Assembly (NCBI GenBank): GCA_000708835.1
Contig: DF237051.1
Span: forward strand, 124,001 to 188,000
Length of the DNA stretch: 64,000 nt
Direction: 5' to 3'
Source: Klebsormidium nitens
Taxonomy: Eukaryota; Plantae; Klebsormidiophyceae
The position numbers and the translations under genes were made by a program. Shown piece after piece: positions 12,101-24,473 of this stretch. Under the pieces are notes generated by a model. That model made no database searches and was not told where the DNA came from. It saw only the letters and a list, made by a program, of their open reading frames with translations. How positions within the stretch are numbered: the stretch's first letter is position 1; every line of letters starts with the position of its first letter.

Positions 12101-14485
12101 GCGCATAAAGTGTTGCAGATTTGTTTGTGCGGAGCTGACCGGCCTATAAGGAGAACGACAAAAGAGGGTGTGTCTGAGTTCGGTCTCCATTTGCTTCATC
12201 CTTTTCTTACTCGCTCAAAAAGCAGGTAAAAGCAGGCGACACTGTTGGGCTGCCGTCGGGGTGCGCGTAGAGGGTGGCGGGCTTACTCGCGCAGAGTTGA
12301 CCGGCTTGAGGAATCGCCGGAAAGAGAGGATTAGTTTCACTCGAGATTTCTTACGAGCGACTAAAAGGACGAAGCAGGCGTCACGGCAGGGCTGCCGTCT
12401 GGGTGCGCGTAAAGCGTTGCAGATTTGTATGTGCGAAGCTGACCGGCCTGTGAAAGCAACGTACGTGCAATGTTGGAAGTCAATGTGGCTTTGGTCCGGA
12501 TTTGCCTTCTGCCCTTTGCGTACGAAGCACCGGACCTTGACGAGTGAACGAACTGCTTAACATGATCTTTCTACGGAGCAGGCGTTACGAGCGGGCTGCC
12601 GTCGGGGTGCGCGTAGAGTGTTGTGGACTCATTTGTGTGTGGTTGACCGACTTGTCAGAAGAAATAAAAAGAGAGGCTTGAATTGTTTCGAATTGTCAAT
12701 CTGGTATGCGGACGAACTTGGCGAATGCAGCAGGCGTCGCGACTGGGCTGCCCTCGGGTGCACGTAAAGCGTCCCACCGGGATTGCTTCGTGCAGCAACG
12801 ACCGGCCCGTGAGAACAAGGAGACGGAGGGCTTGCTCTAGATTAGTAAGTTGTGTCCGCACGAATAAGATACGGAGTAGATATCAGGACCAAGCCGTTGG
12901 GCTGCCGTTAATGTGCGCTTAGACTCGTGCTCGTCTATCTGCCGCCTGTGCAGAAACACGGGCGAAAATGACTCTTCAGATGCATTCACCCGGCTTGTGA
13001 ATTTCAAAGCTTAGTCCCCTGTCCCCCCTCTCGTAAACGACAGTGAGCTCCGCCACAAGAAAGCTACCACAAAGAAGACTGGTTCAAAAATGGCAGATCT
13101 TGATCAAGTAGATACTCACCCTGACTTTCCCGTCTGCGCATCCAAAGAGCACCTCGTTCGGGTGCGCCGCGGGCCATTCGAGCGCCGTCACGGGGGCGGA
13201 GTGCGGGAACTTGTTGCAGATGGACTTCTTGTCTCCCCAGTCGAGCCCCAGCTTGTACACAAAGACGATGCAGTCGCTCTGAGCGATCGCGAGGCGCGAG
13301 CTGTCGGGGGAGAAGGCCATGCCGCGCACGAGAAAGGTCTTGGGGCCCTGGAGATGGAAAAGTCGAGGGACTACAATTTCAAAAATATCAGAGTCAAGCT
13401 TGACATCTCCTGTAGATAATAGGGCGACTTAATGGATCATCAAGTTGGGAGCTGTCTGGAGAACAGCATGCCGAGTGATTGATAGTCCTTGAGGCTCTGG
13501 AATTGAGCCTGCCTAGTCCGTTTGATCGGAAAGCAGAGGAAGGAAATGAAGAGCAAGACTGGCGGCATGAGGTAGGTTACGGTCAGTTGACGGATTACTC
13601 TGTTAATGGCTGACAAGAACTTTCCTTGATATCACGTGGCGCAGTACCTCGCGCAAGCTGACGTGCACGCCCTTGCGGCCGCCCAGGATAGTGTGGGTGT
13701 GTTACTCCGCTTTCTTTGCTGGCGCATGCACTATTCGTATCGCATGATTGCTTACATTTGCTTCTGCCGGCTTGGTGGAGAATTTGTCCCGGCGCTCCCC
13801 ATTCTCGTCAAACAGCTGCACCACCCGGTCAGTGGTCACGGCCGCAAAGCGCCGGCTGCAGCAAGGAGTGATACACTTAGTGTCAAGAGCCATACTGCTG
13901 CTAGACAAGCAGTGGCTCTTGGTACCGGTTTTTAGTAGCTGGACAATGCGTATGTTCGGTTTAAGTGGTGTAAGTGCATAGTGTTGGATGGTGCATTTCG
14001 GTTCCAAATGGTGGCCCAAACGCCTCGACACTCTCATTGCAATGAAACCCAAACCTGCCTCCATCTTTTTGTGGAAAGTCAACATCGTTCTTTTGCTTGG
14101 CATGATTCTAAATGCCAACAATTTAGCAAAGTCCACATCAGGAAAGGGCAGTTTTAGATAGTTGTACTTGCAGAACTGGATTTGCGGCCGCTAAAGACCA
14201 CATGACCAGCAAGGTGAAGCTCAAGGACACACATTTAGTGGTGCTTCAGGTCACACTAAGGAAAAAGGTCGATTTGGTTACCACCTTTGACATGCTCTCA
14301 CTTGCGTTCGTCAGCAGGGCTTTCGATTCGTGAACAGCTGTAGAAGACACATTGACCTACAGGAAGCAGCCATCAATAAAACGAGACTGGTGAAGAGCTC
14401 ACTTGTTTGGCGCCCATGCGATCGCTGTGACTTTGGCGATGCCCTCCTGGCCCTGCAGGGCCGGTCTGGCGTACCGCAGCTGCAT
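193..14485 (-). CDS. IFT172: Intraflagellar transport protein 172 (WD40 + TPR-like, IFT-B); continues off the left edge of the window
   Basis: N-terminus [28 protein letters not shown] followed by [47 protein letters not shown] and [15 protein letters not shown], all characteristic of IFT172. Phase-consistent GT-AG exons: 14403-14485, 13756-13855, 13120-13347, 11957-12143, 11492-11613, 10792-10973, 10240-10348, 9746-9955, 8938-9282, 8408-8548, 7600-7782, 6758-6868, 6139-6311, 4930-5155, 4222-4392, 3598-3768, 3117-3266, 2360-2535, 1594-1807, 971-1132, 193-372. Confidence 0.96.
5862..6200 (-). repeat. Three copies of an IFT172 exon 3' end plus donor, spaced about 135 bp
   Basis: CCTACCTGTGGA at 5862, 5997 and 6134 (live). 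Confidence 0.88.
7075..7700 (-). repeat. Tandem copies of an IFT172 exon 3' half plus donor, spaced 135-149 bp
   Basis: GT donors (GCTCAC/GCCCAC on the plus strand) at 7165, 7310, 7445 and the live one at 7594, each preceded on the minus strand by a ...[13 protein letters not shown]-like sequence. Confidence 0.92.
12085..12925 (-). repeat. Tandem decayed copies of an IFT172 exon 5' half, spaced 142-204 bp
   Basis: Core GGGCTGCCGTCGGGGTGCGC at 12085 (live), 12247, 12389, 12593, 12745 and 12899. Confidence 0.92.
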
Positions 14486-15188
14486 GATGTTCACTCAGTT
14501 GGCCTCCTCATGCAATTGAGCTCATGCCTAGGCAGCGACCTCAGGCCAGTGGATGCCTATGCATGGGGCAGCTCCAGAATCTGAAAACCTGGACAACCAG
14601 CAAATAGACGGCCCTCGTATGGGAAGACAATTGCCAAGCTTCTCAAGCCGCCTTGCTCAGTGCTGAGATCCTGCGACTTTGCTGTCCACCAATGGCAAAC
14701 TTAAGGTCAAATGCAGAACTTAGAAGTTAGAATTGGTGCGTATCGGTATGTACGGGATTGATCCTAGCCGTCCGCTACACGAACAAACAAAATCTAAGCC
14801 GTCGATGATCAATTTACAACTTGCCGATCATCTTGCTCGGACGTCGACGCAGTCGCCCGCGCGGCCGGCGCCGGGGCTGCTCGCGCCATTTTTCCTTCAG
14901 TTTTCCCATTTTCAAGCCCCTTCAGGCTTCAACAGGATCTGCAGCTTCTCAAAGCATTGAGTTGCTAGTTGCTCATACCGCCACCTTGCCTTGTGTTGCT
15001 TTTGCGGACGGGCGGAGTGCATGCAGTTCACAGGTCTGCGATCTGCTTGAATTTCTTTGCATCAAGTCAAATATCCGCTTGGGAAAAGTAGGGTGTGCAC
15101 AGAGACAAACCCAAAGCTGTCAAATACTCTTGAATTCTGCACAAGGTGTTGGAGGCGCGCCAAATCAGGGCGCACCACTTGGAGCGCC

Positions 15189-18100
15189 ATGGCCCCTTCC
15201 CGAGCTAGCCTCCTTCCTGGTTTGATGCTAGCTGCCATTTTGCTTACATCCAGCTTTACCACGATCTCAGCAGAGTTCAATCAAAGCGCTTCAGCATCCG
15301 TAACAAGATCAGTGATCCCGCCAAAAGGTAGCCCAGAATATTTAGCGATGTTCCGGACCGAGGTGCAGGAGTATAACAATCTGATTCTGAAGCCGCTGTT
15401 GCCAGAAAGTATTCGCAGCAAGATCTCTCATGAGTGGCAGATCTACGTGCGGAACTTGTTGTCGGGTCTAGCGCTTTACTATGTTACGGGGGGCCTGTGG
15501 TGCGTCTACGTGTATGGCATCATGGGCAAAAAGTTCTTCCCAAGTGGTGCGATCCCAAAGGTGGGCGATTGGTCAATCAGCTGATTCAGTTTGAGCTTTT
15601 CAAGAGCAAGAGGACTGACAGAGTGTACGGGGATTCGGTTGGTTTGAATGGATTGCACCACTTAGATCAAGCACGGCGCACTTCTGGTTCTCTTCCTGTG
15701 TTTTCCTCTTAGGTGGAATGTAGCGCCATCTGATTCATTGCAAGTTCGTCAGGTTCTCCTTGTGGGTTAGCGGGTCGATTCGGCAGGGGCAAACTGTGCT
15801 GCAAAATTCAAGAGTCGATGCCCTTGACAAGGAAGGTCCAAAGGTTTTTACGCCGCTCTGCCGTTTCAGATTCCTTCATTTCTTTGGCTGTCAGATACTT
15901 GGAATCCGGGAATCTGTCCCTTGAGACGTCTTGGTGTATACCACCTTGAGTGTGTGCTCGCGGTGGTGGGGTCTTTCAGAGCTGCATCAATGTTGTCCTT
16001 GTTCGTTGGAGCTTCCTTGCAGGCGGATGTCAAGTTGGAGCAAGTGGTAGTTTGACAAGTTGATGCCCCTCTTCATGTCCAAATTGGTCCGCAACCTCTG
16101 GAGACCGCTCGAAATTGTCCTGATTGGGTTCACTTTCCGCAGACTGAGGACTCGAGGAAGGACTTTGTCCTCAATCCAGTTCCCTTTTTGACGTCATCCG
16201 AACTTCTACAAAGCTGTCCGCACCCCTCCCGATTCTTGCAAAGTCTGTGCAGGCGAATGACTGTGGAAGCAGATTGCGGCTTCTGTCGTGCACATCCAAA
16301 GCTCTCTTCTGTCACCATCGATCTTGTATGTCGCGCAGGCCGATGACATGTGGAAGCAGATCGCGGTGTCTACCAGGGCGATGCCGCTGTACGTGTTGAT
16401 GCCCACAGTGAGCGAGCTCATGATTGAGCGCGGCTGGACACGTTGCTACGCACGCGTTGAGGAGTATGGCTGGATAAACCACTTGCTTCTGGCCGCGACC
16501 TACATGGTAAGCGCAAGGAACGTGGCCTCAAACCATTCCAAGGTTCTGTCTGTACTATATTTGACCCGCTTCTGTGATAAGATGATCAGGAGCACGATTC
16601 GTTCTGGTCCTTCCCACCTTCCGGCCGTCTGCTTCGCGCAAGTTGAGGAGTATGGCTGGATCAACCACTGGCCACTGGTTGCAAGCCACAAGGTAAGTTA
16701 GTGTCCAGCGGACTTTGGTTTGATCCCCAGACCTTTTGATTGTTTTCACGCTCGCTGTTTGTTATGCTAGCCGTCTCAGGAGGGGCACAAGTGCGTAAAA
16801 ACATTACTCTTAGCCCCCACGATTCTAGACTTGATTGCTGTGCAAGTCTTCTGCTTTTGCCGTTTCCCATTCTGGCGTCTCTGCTGTGCTCGTGGCCAGG
16901 TGCGTCAGTCACTCAGTGCTCGCTGCCGCATACATGGTGTGAACGTCCTCGACTCCTGCTTTGTTCACTTTGTGTCCTTCTAAGCACCGGCGACAAGGAA
17001 GTGCGACTGTGTGTGAAGTCAAAATAAGCGTTCCCCTACTCCGTTGCGATGAAGAATTACTGAGAAGCGCCGGGCGCTACAACCACAGCTATCCTCAGCT
17101 CTGGGACATGTGCTGTTATTCACGAGCCGGTCTCTTTTTACCACTGCGACCAAACCCGTCGAATAACCGCCCTATTCAAGTTACCGCAGACGGTGGTCGA
17201 GTCTGTCGTGTACTTGGCGCCCCAGATGGATCCTAAGTTGCACATGGACATCCTGGGTTGGCGACGCCAAGAATTTCAGACTAGAGCAGTTTCCCTTGCA
17301 AATGTCTGCTGAGGCTCTCGAGTTTTCCATTGCAGACGGTGGTCGAGTTTGGCGTGTACTGGATGCATCGTGGGCTACACGAGATCAAGTGGGCGTACAA
17401 GTTGCTGCACGCCACGCATCACATCTACAACAAGCAGAACACGCTCTCGCCCTTCGCCGGTAAGCGGCCTCGCAAAGCTTCTTCTCTTCTCTAGTTGCGT
17501 GACCTTCGGCAGTTGCTGTTCTCCTTCCGCTTCCTTTAAAACCTCGGCTCCTTTGCATCTATTCCTTCAAGCTTGGAGTGCTGCGATTACGAGATTCTGC
17601 GGTTGTTCACAGCTTGTCCAAGGCGACCTTGAAAGCCTACATGCTCGAGCGACAACCATACCGAAACCCAGCATCCTGAGTTCCTCGGTCGCGAGCTTGA
17701 CATGCTGTAGGCGTCGCCACACATCCTTGCGAATCAAGGGTTCCAAGGTTTCCGGCAACCGTTCTTGGCCCGTTCTTGCCAATCTATATAATAAGACGTT
17801 GTAATACTTTGAAAGTGCTGAGCTCTTCGGAACCCGGAGCCGTCGGTTGCAGGCTTCACCTTCCACCTTGTTGAGAGGATATGCTACACATTCCGTACTC
17901 TCGAATCCCCTTCTGACAAGCCTGGCCACGTAAACAAAGCTTAAAACTCTGAATGCATTCTCTTTCCGCTGTCCTTCTGTCTAGTCTTCCTAGAACAGCT
18001 GAAACCCTGAAATCCCAAAGGTAAAACCTTGGGTTGCAGGTTCGGCGTTCCATAAGGTGGACGGCATTCTGCAGGCATACGTGTTTCCTGTGAGCAAGAC

Positions 18101-19154
18101 CTCAGAAACCAATTAACCAAGTCAAAACCCGAGAACTTTCAAACCCCACGTATTCTGAATTTCCAGGCCTGGCGTTCCACCCGGTGGACAGCATGCTGCA
18201 GGCGTCGTCATACGGGTTTGCTATCGACAAGACCTCAAAAAGCTCATTTACAAAGCGAGTAACCCATAATTCTCAAACTCTCAAACCCTGGGTTACAGGC
18301 CTGTCGTTCCACCCGGTGGACGGCATGCTGCAGGCGTCGCCATGCGAGTATGCCATCAATAAGACCTCAAAAGGTCCATGAATAAAGCGAGGAACTTGAG
18401 ATTTTCTAACCCTGGGTTACAGGCTTGGCGTTCCACCCGGTTGACGGGATGCTGCAGGCGTCGCCGTACGTGTTTGCGCTGTTCCTGGTGCCGATGCACT
18501 TCTTCACGCACGAGCTGCTGCTCTTCATGACTGCCGTCTGGACGACCAACATTCACGACTGCGTCGACGGCCAGGTTAGCGCTTACCTAACTTGAGTCTA
18601 GTTCCGGTTGTAAGAGCGGCTTCGTAACTGTAAGCTTGGCTCACTTTTGTTCAAATTAAGGGCTAACCCAGGTTGCTTAAGGGCTAAAACCTGGGTTTAG
18701 GACTCGGGACTAGGTTGTAAACATCGATTCGCCAACTCCTGTTTTCGTCTGTTGGGACCATCCATGACTGCATCGACGGTCAGGTCAGTTGCCCCTGGTT
18801 TGGCAGTATCTTGAAAGAGTCCAATCCCTTCCCAATCCAAGAGCAGAACCGGTTGTAGGACTTTGGATCGCAGAGTTAAAAGTGCGAGCAACTTGATTAA
18901 ACACTTTGGCCAAAACTTATGTTTCTATTTCTATTGCTGTTAGTGTTAGTGTGAAGGTAGTTTCTGAAACCCATTCTTCCTAACGTCAGGTCTGGCCGGT
19001 GATGGGCGCGGGTTACCACACCATCCACCACACAACGTACAAGCACAACTACGGACACTACACGGTGTGGATGGACTGGATGTGCGGCACGCTACGGACG
19101 CCCCCCCGGAGTCCGGCAGCGTCCGAAAAGCTGGCGGGGGCGAAGAAAGAATAA
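15189..19154 (+). CDS. STE1: Delta(7)-sterol C-5(6) desaturase (STE1/DWF7/ERG3 family)
   Basis: Exons 15189-15560, 16339-16506, 17336-17459, 18423-18574, 18990-19154 join in phase. Histidine boxes HRGLH, HATHH and HTIHH, plus [19 protein letters not shown] and [12 protein letters not shown] as in plant STE1. Confidence 0.95.
17990..18480 (+). repeat. Tandem copies of the STE1 exon-4 acceptor plus 5' exon segment, spaced 124-132 bp
   Basis: AG acceptors at 18039, 18166, 18298 and the live one at 18422, each followed by a [14 protein letters not shown]-like sequence. Confidence 0.92.
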
Positions 19155-20670
19155 TTGGAGGGAAGACTGCTCCTGAGAGCCGCTCAGGAGGACACGTGGC
19201 AAGCATTGCCGATTATTTCATCAAGCTCTGTTCCACATTAAGGTCGGGGACGAGATGAGGGCGTTGTGATTGTTGGAGTTCAGAAACGATGCTTTGGTCG
19301 AGTCGGTACGGTCGGAACGCAGATGCTCTATGGATTGCAGAAGGACAAGGGTCGTAAGCGAGTTGCGAGCTTCTAGGCCACAGGATTGAGTCCACGTGTC
19401 AAAGCAGCGAGCACCATTGGTGTACTTTAGCATCGACTCATTTCTGTAGGTTTGGACAGTGACTAAGTTTGGTACTCTTAAGTTAATTGATGACCATCTT
19501 GCTTGGTGCGTCAGAGCAGCATTTGATCACGAATCAGCAGATATCTAGCGTTCAACCGGATCGCATGCGATATGTTAAGCACGCTACTGCAACACGACTA
19601 TAGTGCATGGTACGTTTGTGAGGTTTCTGCGGAGTTGTTCGCAGCCTGCTGATCGAAGCCTATCCTCGAAGCTGGTCGGACTCGGACGGTGACGTCACCA
19701 GCAATGTGCTGTGAGGCGACGCCGCTGACAAAGCGCTGGCAGAATGTGACGATCCCTTCTGTAACCTTGGCTCCTTCGAAATAAAAGAAGCTTGGGTTCT
19801 AGCGTCGGCGTAGGAATCTAGCTCAAGGAGCTGCCGTGTCGTAGCGCGAGACTGAAGGGCCGCATGCAGGCCTTAGTAGGCATTGGGAATTCGTCGATTC
19901 GAAACCGGCCGCCGACATGATTGATCCTCTTCAATCTGGCCATAATGATTCTGTTCCTTTGAGACGTTCTTGCCCGGCGTTTTATCATGTTCTATACTAG
20001 AATTCCAACTTAAGCAAATCCCTCATCATTACCTCTAGATGCGCCGCTTCGTGTTGCCATGTTCTTCGAGAAGTTCCGCATCGGCCCCTTCGGTCCGTGG
20101 CAGCGCAGCGCGGCTAGAGCTCGACTTTCTCTGTAGGCTGTCAGCTACGTTCAGGAATGCATGGTTCCAACCGCTACCAATTATGGCATATACGAACCAG
20201 CCAATTATTCATCTACATTAATCAAGACTCCGAGACTGAAATATCATGCATTGAATCTATTGGGCGAATGCGTTCTTAATGCACCGCGTAACTGCAACAT
20301 GGGTATATCAAGTGTACGTCGCCGTTGTATCTGCGTATCCCATGCAATATGAGTTGCAACATGTATGCATGGCGGTCTCCTTCGAAAGGTTCTTTCAGCT
20401 TCTGTTACATCATGCATGCAGTGCATGACTCATGACTCATGACTTATGACTCTCTGAAACCATGCAACTTGAAATATTTGCATCGAGCGCAAGACAAAGA
20501 CAAACTCGTGTGAGGTATTAGTGCGCTACTGTAACTGATGAGCGACTCGAAAAAGCGTTTAGGACGGTAGCTGAGAGGATTATCCTAGGGAATCGTGTAA
20601 AAGGGTCAAAGTTTGGCTTCTCGAAGTATCTACAGTACTCTCCATTGCTATCTCCTCCCTACAGTAGTGT

Positions 20671-22889
20671 CTAGAGCTTTTGACGCTCGAACGCCTTCTT
20701 CACACCTTCCGTGCATCCATCTAGCCACGTTGTGAAATTTCGGTTCAGGAGCGGCCAGATCACCACCGACTCTGGGAGCCTTGTCAGACTTTCGCAGCCG
20801 CACAAGTCCAAATGGAGCATATGCTTCCAGGATCCAACAGAGGCTGGAAGGGCGGTCAAACTGCTGCAGGCCGCGGCTCTCAAATAAGAGATTTTTCGCC
20901 ACTGACCTACGCACTCAGGCAAGGCCCTCAAGGATGCGCATCCACTCAAATCTACGCGGCTAACTTTCCCCCATTGGCCGACACTATTCGGGAGCGACTC
21001 CAACTTCGGACACCTTATCTCGAGCTCACTCAATCGCGTCCAGGCGCCTACCGATGCCGGCAGGCTCTGGAGGTTTGGCCCTGTCAGTTCCAGGCACTTC
21101 AGTTGTGTCCAACCTGTAACCGCTTTCTCAGGAAGTTGTTCTGCTCTCAAGGCTTTGATGTTTAGGTAGGTCAAGCTGGACCATCCCTGAGTGCTCTCAG
21201 GTACATCTTCCAGTCTCCCTAACTTGACTTGGGTTACCTTAACCCAAGCACCCACCTCCAACGGGAGAGCCATCCAACCCGAGATTGTGCTCAGATCAAC
21301 AATCTCTAGCTGCTTCCATTCGCCTACTCCTGCAGGCAGCGTTGTCACAAGGTCACTACCAAAGATGGAGAGGCTTCTCAGATTTTTCCACCCCTTCACA
21401 CCGGAAGGCAAGCCGCGGAATGAGCGGCAGCCTCCGATAGTCACCCTTTGGAGGAGGCCCCATTGACTCACGGCATCTGGGAGAGTTTCGAGCTCGCTGT
21501 TCGAGAGTGTGAGATTGACTAGTGCCCCCCAAAATCCCCCTTCTTGCAAGCCGATCGGTTCCATCACTGGAGCACAAGGGGCTTCCTTAAGCAGGCCTTT
21601 CATTTTCGGACTTTTGCCCAAGTAAACAGTCTTCAAAAATGTCCATTGTTTTACCCCTTCGGGCAAGTACTCAAGCTGACCGCAACCGTAAGTGCTGAAC
21701 CTTTTGAGCCCAGTCCAAAAGCCTACGCTCCTGGGGAGACCTTCGAGGGCTTCGCAGTCGCATACTTCAACTTTCTGCACCCCTCGCCATCCACCGACCC
21801 CCTCAGATAGGCTGCGCAAGCTCGCGCAGGAGGTCAGCTTCAAGCTGCGCAGTCGCTTCCAGCCCTCCACTTGCACGGGGAACGCCCCTAGTCTGTCGCA
21901 GGAGAGCAACTTTACCTTCCGCAATGAAGTCCACAGCCCCACCGAAGGTGGGAGGGAGAGCAGGCCAACGTGGTCCAGCACCAACACTTGCAAGTTGCGC
22001 CACGCTCCTATTTCTGTCGGGAGGGCTTCGAGACGGGGGCAATATGTGAGGGACAGCTCGCGCAGCTTGGCCCATGCGCCGATTCCCGGTGGCAGTGAGG
22101 CGAAAGAGGGTGCTCCACGCAGGCTCAGGACTTCTAGTTGGTTCCAGGCACCTACGAAAGGAGGGAAGCGCTGCAATCTAGGGGAGACGCGATTGCCAAT
22201 GGCCTTGCTCAGTTGCAATACCCTTAAACCCTTCCACATGGCAGCCGAGTCTGGCAGCTCCTCTGCAGTAAACCTGTCCACCTTCAGAAGCTGCAGGCTG
22301 GTCCATTGACTACTAGTCGGCGGAAGGCGCGGCAATAGTACACAATCAGGCTCTTCAGGTGGATCCATCTCCGGGTTTCGGACATGCTCTCGGGAACAAA
22401 CGCATTCCCGAGATGAAGGCTCTCCAGCCAGTCCCAATGGGAGATGGTTGTTGGGATCAGCCTCGGATGCTGGAGTGCAGGGAAGTGATTGCCAAACGTA
22501 AGATGCTTGATATGGACGGATGTCTGATCGACAGAGCGTATCACTCTCTCAATTACTTCTGGTACGTCAGAGATCCTTGTTGTGGACTCGTCCTCATCGT
22601 GCACGTGTTGCGCAACCAGGTGAAGGGCATGGACGTGAGGGAAAAAGGTCAACAATCTCGTGACATGTTTCTCTGCATCTCCTCCGTGACGAAGGCAGTT
22701 GATCTCCACACACTTCGCTGCCTCTCTCCCAATAGAGCGCCACTCTTTGCACGCGCGCACGAAGGTCTCCAAACGGCTGTACTTGCGGTTATGGACAGGC
22801 TCATCTAAAAGTAGGCTTCCTATGTGAGCAAGGACCTCACTCGGCAGAGCAGCGACCATGCGGGGCGCTGCGCGGTGCTCGCAAGCCAT
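20671..22889 (-). pseudogene. F-box-like + leucine-rich-repeat gene split by one frameshift near 22325 (pseudogene, recoding site or sequence error)
   Basis: The 5' ORF (first ATG 22889) has an F-box-like LPSEVLAHIGSLL...FVRACKEWRSI and two LRR-like units. The overlapping 3' ORF (20671-22437) continues about 19 LRRs of roughly 24 aa in a different frame. No evident introns. Confidence 0.7.
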
Positions 22890-24473
22890 TCTAATTTTAG
22901 GAAGGCGCTGAATCACTCCTTTGCTCAAGAAATAATGCCCAGGTGAACAAAGACAGGATCCTTATGCAGAGTCCTCCGCCGCGGCCGCGGGACCGCGGTC
23001 AGATTCTGATCGGACGTGACGTGAAGGCGGCAGTCACGTGACTGTGTTGTCCAGGCTTCAGGCTTGGTACTGTTGGCGATGGTACCAGGCTGTGCGCGCG
23101 TGCGAGCACCTTGTGTACATATGCGCAAGAGCTAATTGATCAGCTATAGTTGCCGTGCAGTAGCGCTTGGCCAGCGCTTGCGACGCGCGAGCTGGGGCGG
23201 CGCGCGGCTACAATGCAGGGTCTTCCCCCGGTTTCTTGAGCGCCGTCGGATGAGCGCCAGACTTTCGTGCACCGTCGATCCGAGATGCCATTAGTGCAGT
23301 CACCGAGTGCCCGGTTGGCCCTCAACTGGCCCGGCCGGCAGCTCACCGCGCGCGCGGCGGCAGCCTGGCGGCCGCGCTTGACCGTGCACATGGTAAATGG
23401 GCAAACGGCCTCATGTGTGACGAAATAAACGCCCGTCTCCGCAATAGAATGACATACACTTCCGCCGCCGCCGCCGGCAGTGCACAATGAACATCAGCCG
23501 TATTCACCGGCACCCTGCGGAGACTCTCCTACTACATCATGCTCATGCTTCCATACTTGGTGAGTGGCCATGAACAAGGAGATGCAACATGCACGAAGGC
23601 GCCGTGCCCTCTCAATTTCTCTTCCTTAGGTCAATTGAAAATTAGAGTTCAGTCATGTTTGGGTTCACGAAGTATACTCTACTCTCTGGACGGGATTGCC
23701 GCCGACCTGTTGAGGTTACGTGCACGACCGTCGACGCCTAGAGGGTTTGCAAGGTTTACCGAAGAGGGGCGGCCGCGCCCAAGCGCGCGTATGCGATTCT
23801 TTCGCGGCGAAGCCATTTCATTTCGTCACACATGCAATCTGGCATGCCTGGCTGCATTCCATGACTTGAGCTAGGAAGGTAATAGCACCTTAAGTAGGGC
23901 CAGATCTTTTCAATTGCACGCACTATTGAATCCGTCGTAAGTCGAATCAAACCGTCTAGACAAACGGTCATGTACCGCGTAATATGGAGCTTGGGGTCAG
24001 ACTTATGCGAGCTGTTTAAGATTTGGAAAGCCGGCCGGGCCGTATGGAGAAACATATTATTACTTGCACGCCGCCGAGTCGACTCTAATTTTCCATTGCG
24101 TATAATTAAAGCGTCTCAGCAGTGCAGTTCGGAAGGAAAAATGCGTCTGATCGCTCGCCGACGGCCATTTGAATGTAAAGTTGGAATCCCATGCTTGAGA
24201 TGCGGCATAACTTGATGGGCCATCTATGATCGACGTCACCACTAACGATTGAAAAGTCATGTGTGCTCTTATTGAAACGGTTGGGTTTTCCATTCTGCCT
24301 TTCCTGAAGACAGTGCATTTCTCAACCCTGCGAGCCTCTTTCACATCCTGTCTGTATATACCCACCAATTCAAACCCACGGTCTCTTGCAATTGAGATCC
24401 TGTACAATCCTCTACCTAATCAACTCCGCTTTACAGTGCGCGCAATACAATCGCCTAAGCCCCTCTCGCTTTC

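Noticed and set aside
12085-12925. Regularly spaced ~20-bp repeats as a CRISPR-like array
   Set aside because: The repeats are degenerate copies of IFT172 coding sequence, the intervening DNA is partly homologous and too long, and the context is eukaryotic with no cas genes.
18660-18720. AACCCAGGTT/AACCTGGGTT motifs in a STE1 intron (and similar motifs at about 44815-44990) as further transposon copies
   Set aside because: No CACAG terminal repeats or TSD could be found around them.
20671-22437. LRR ORF as an NLR immune receptor
   Set aside because: No P-loop, NB-ARC, TIR or kinase sequence is adjacent; the upstream part is F-box-like.
24060-24407. 115-aa ORF downstream of ODC
   Set aside because: It lies in the probable 3' UTR, with no family motif or exon-like GC3 bias.
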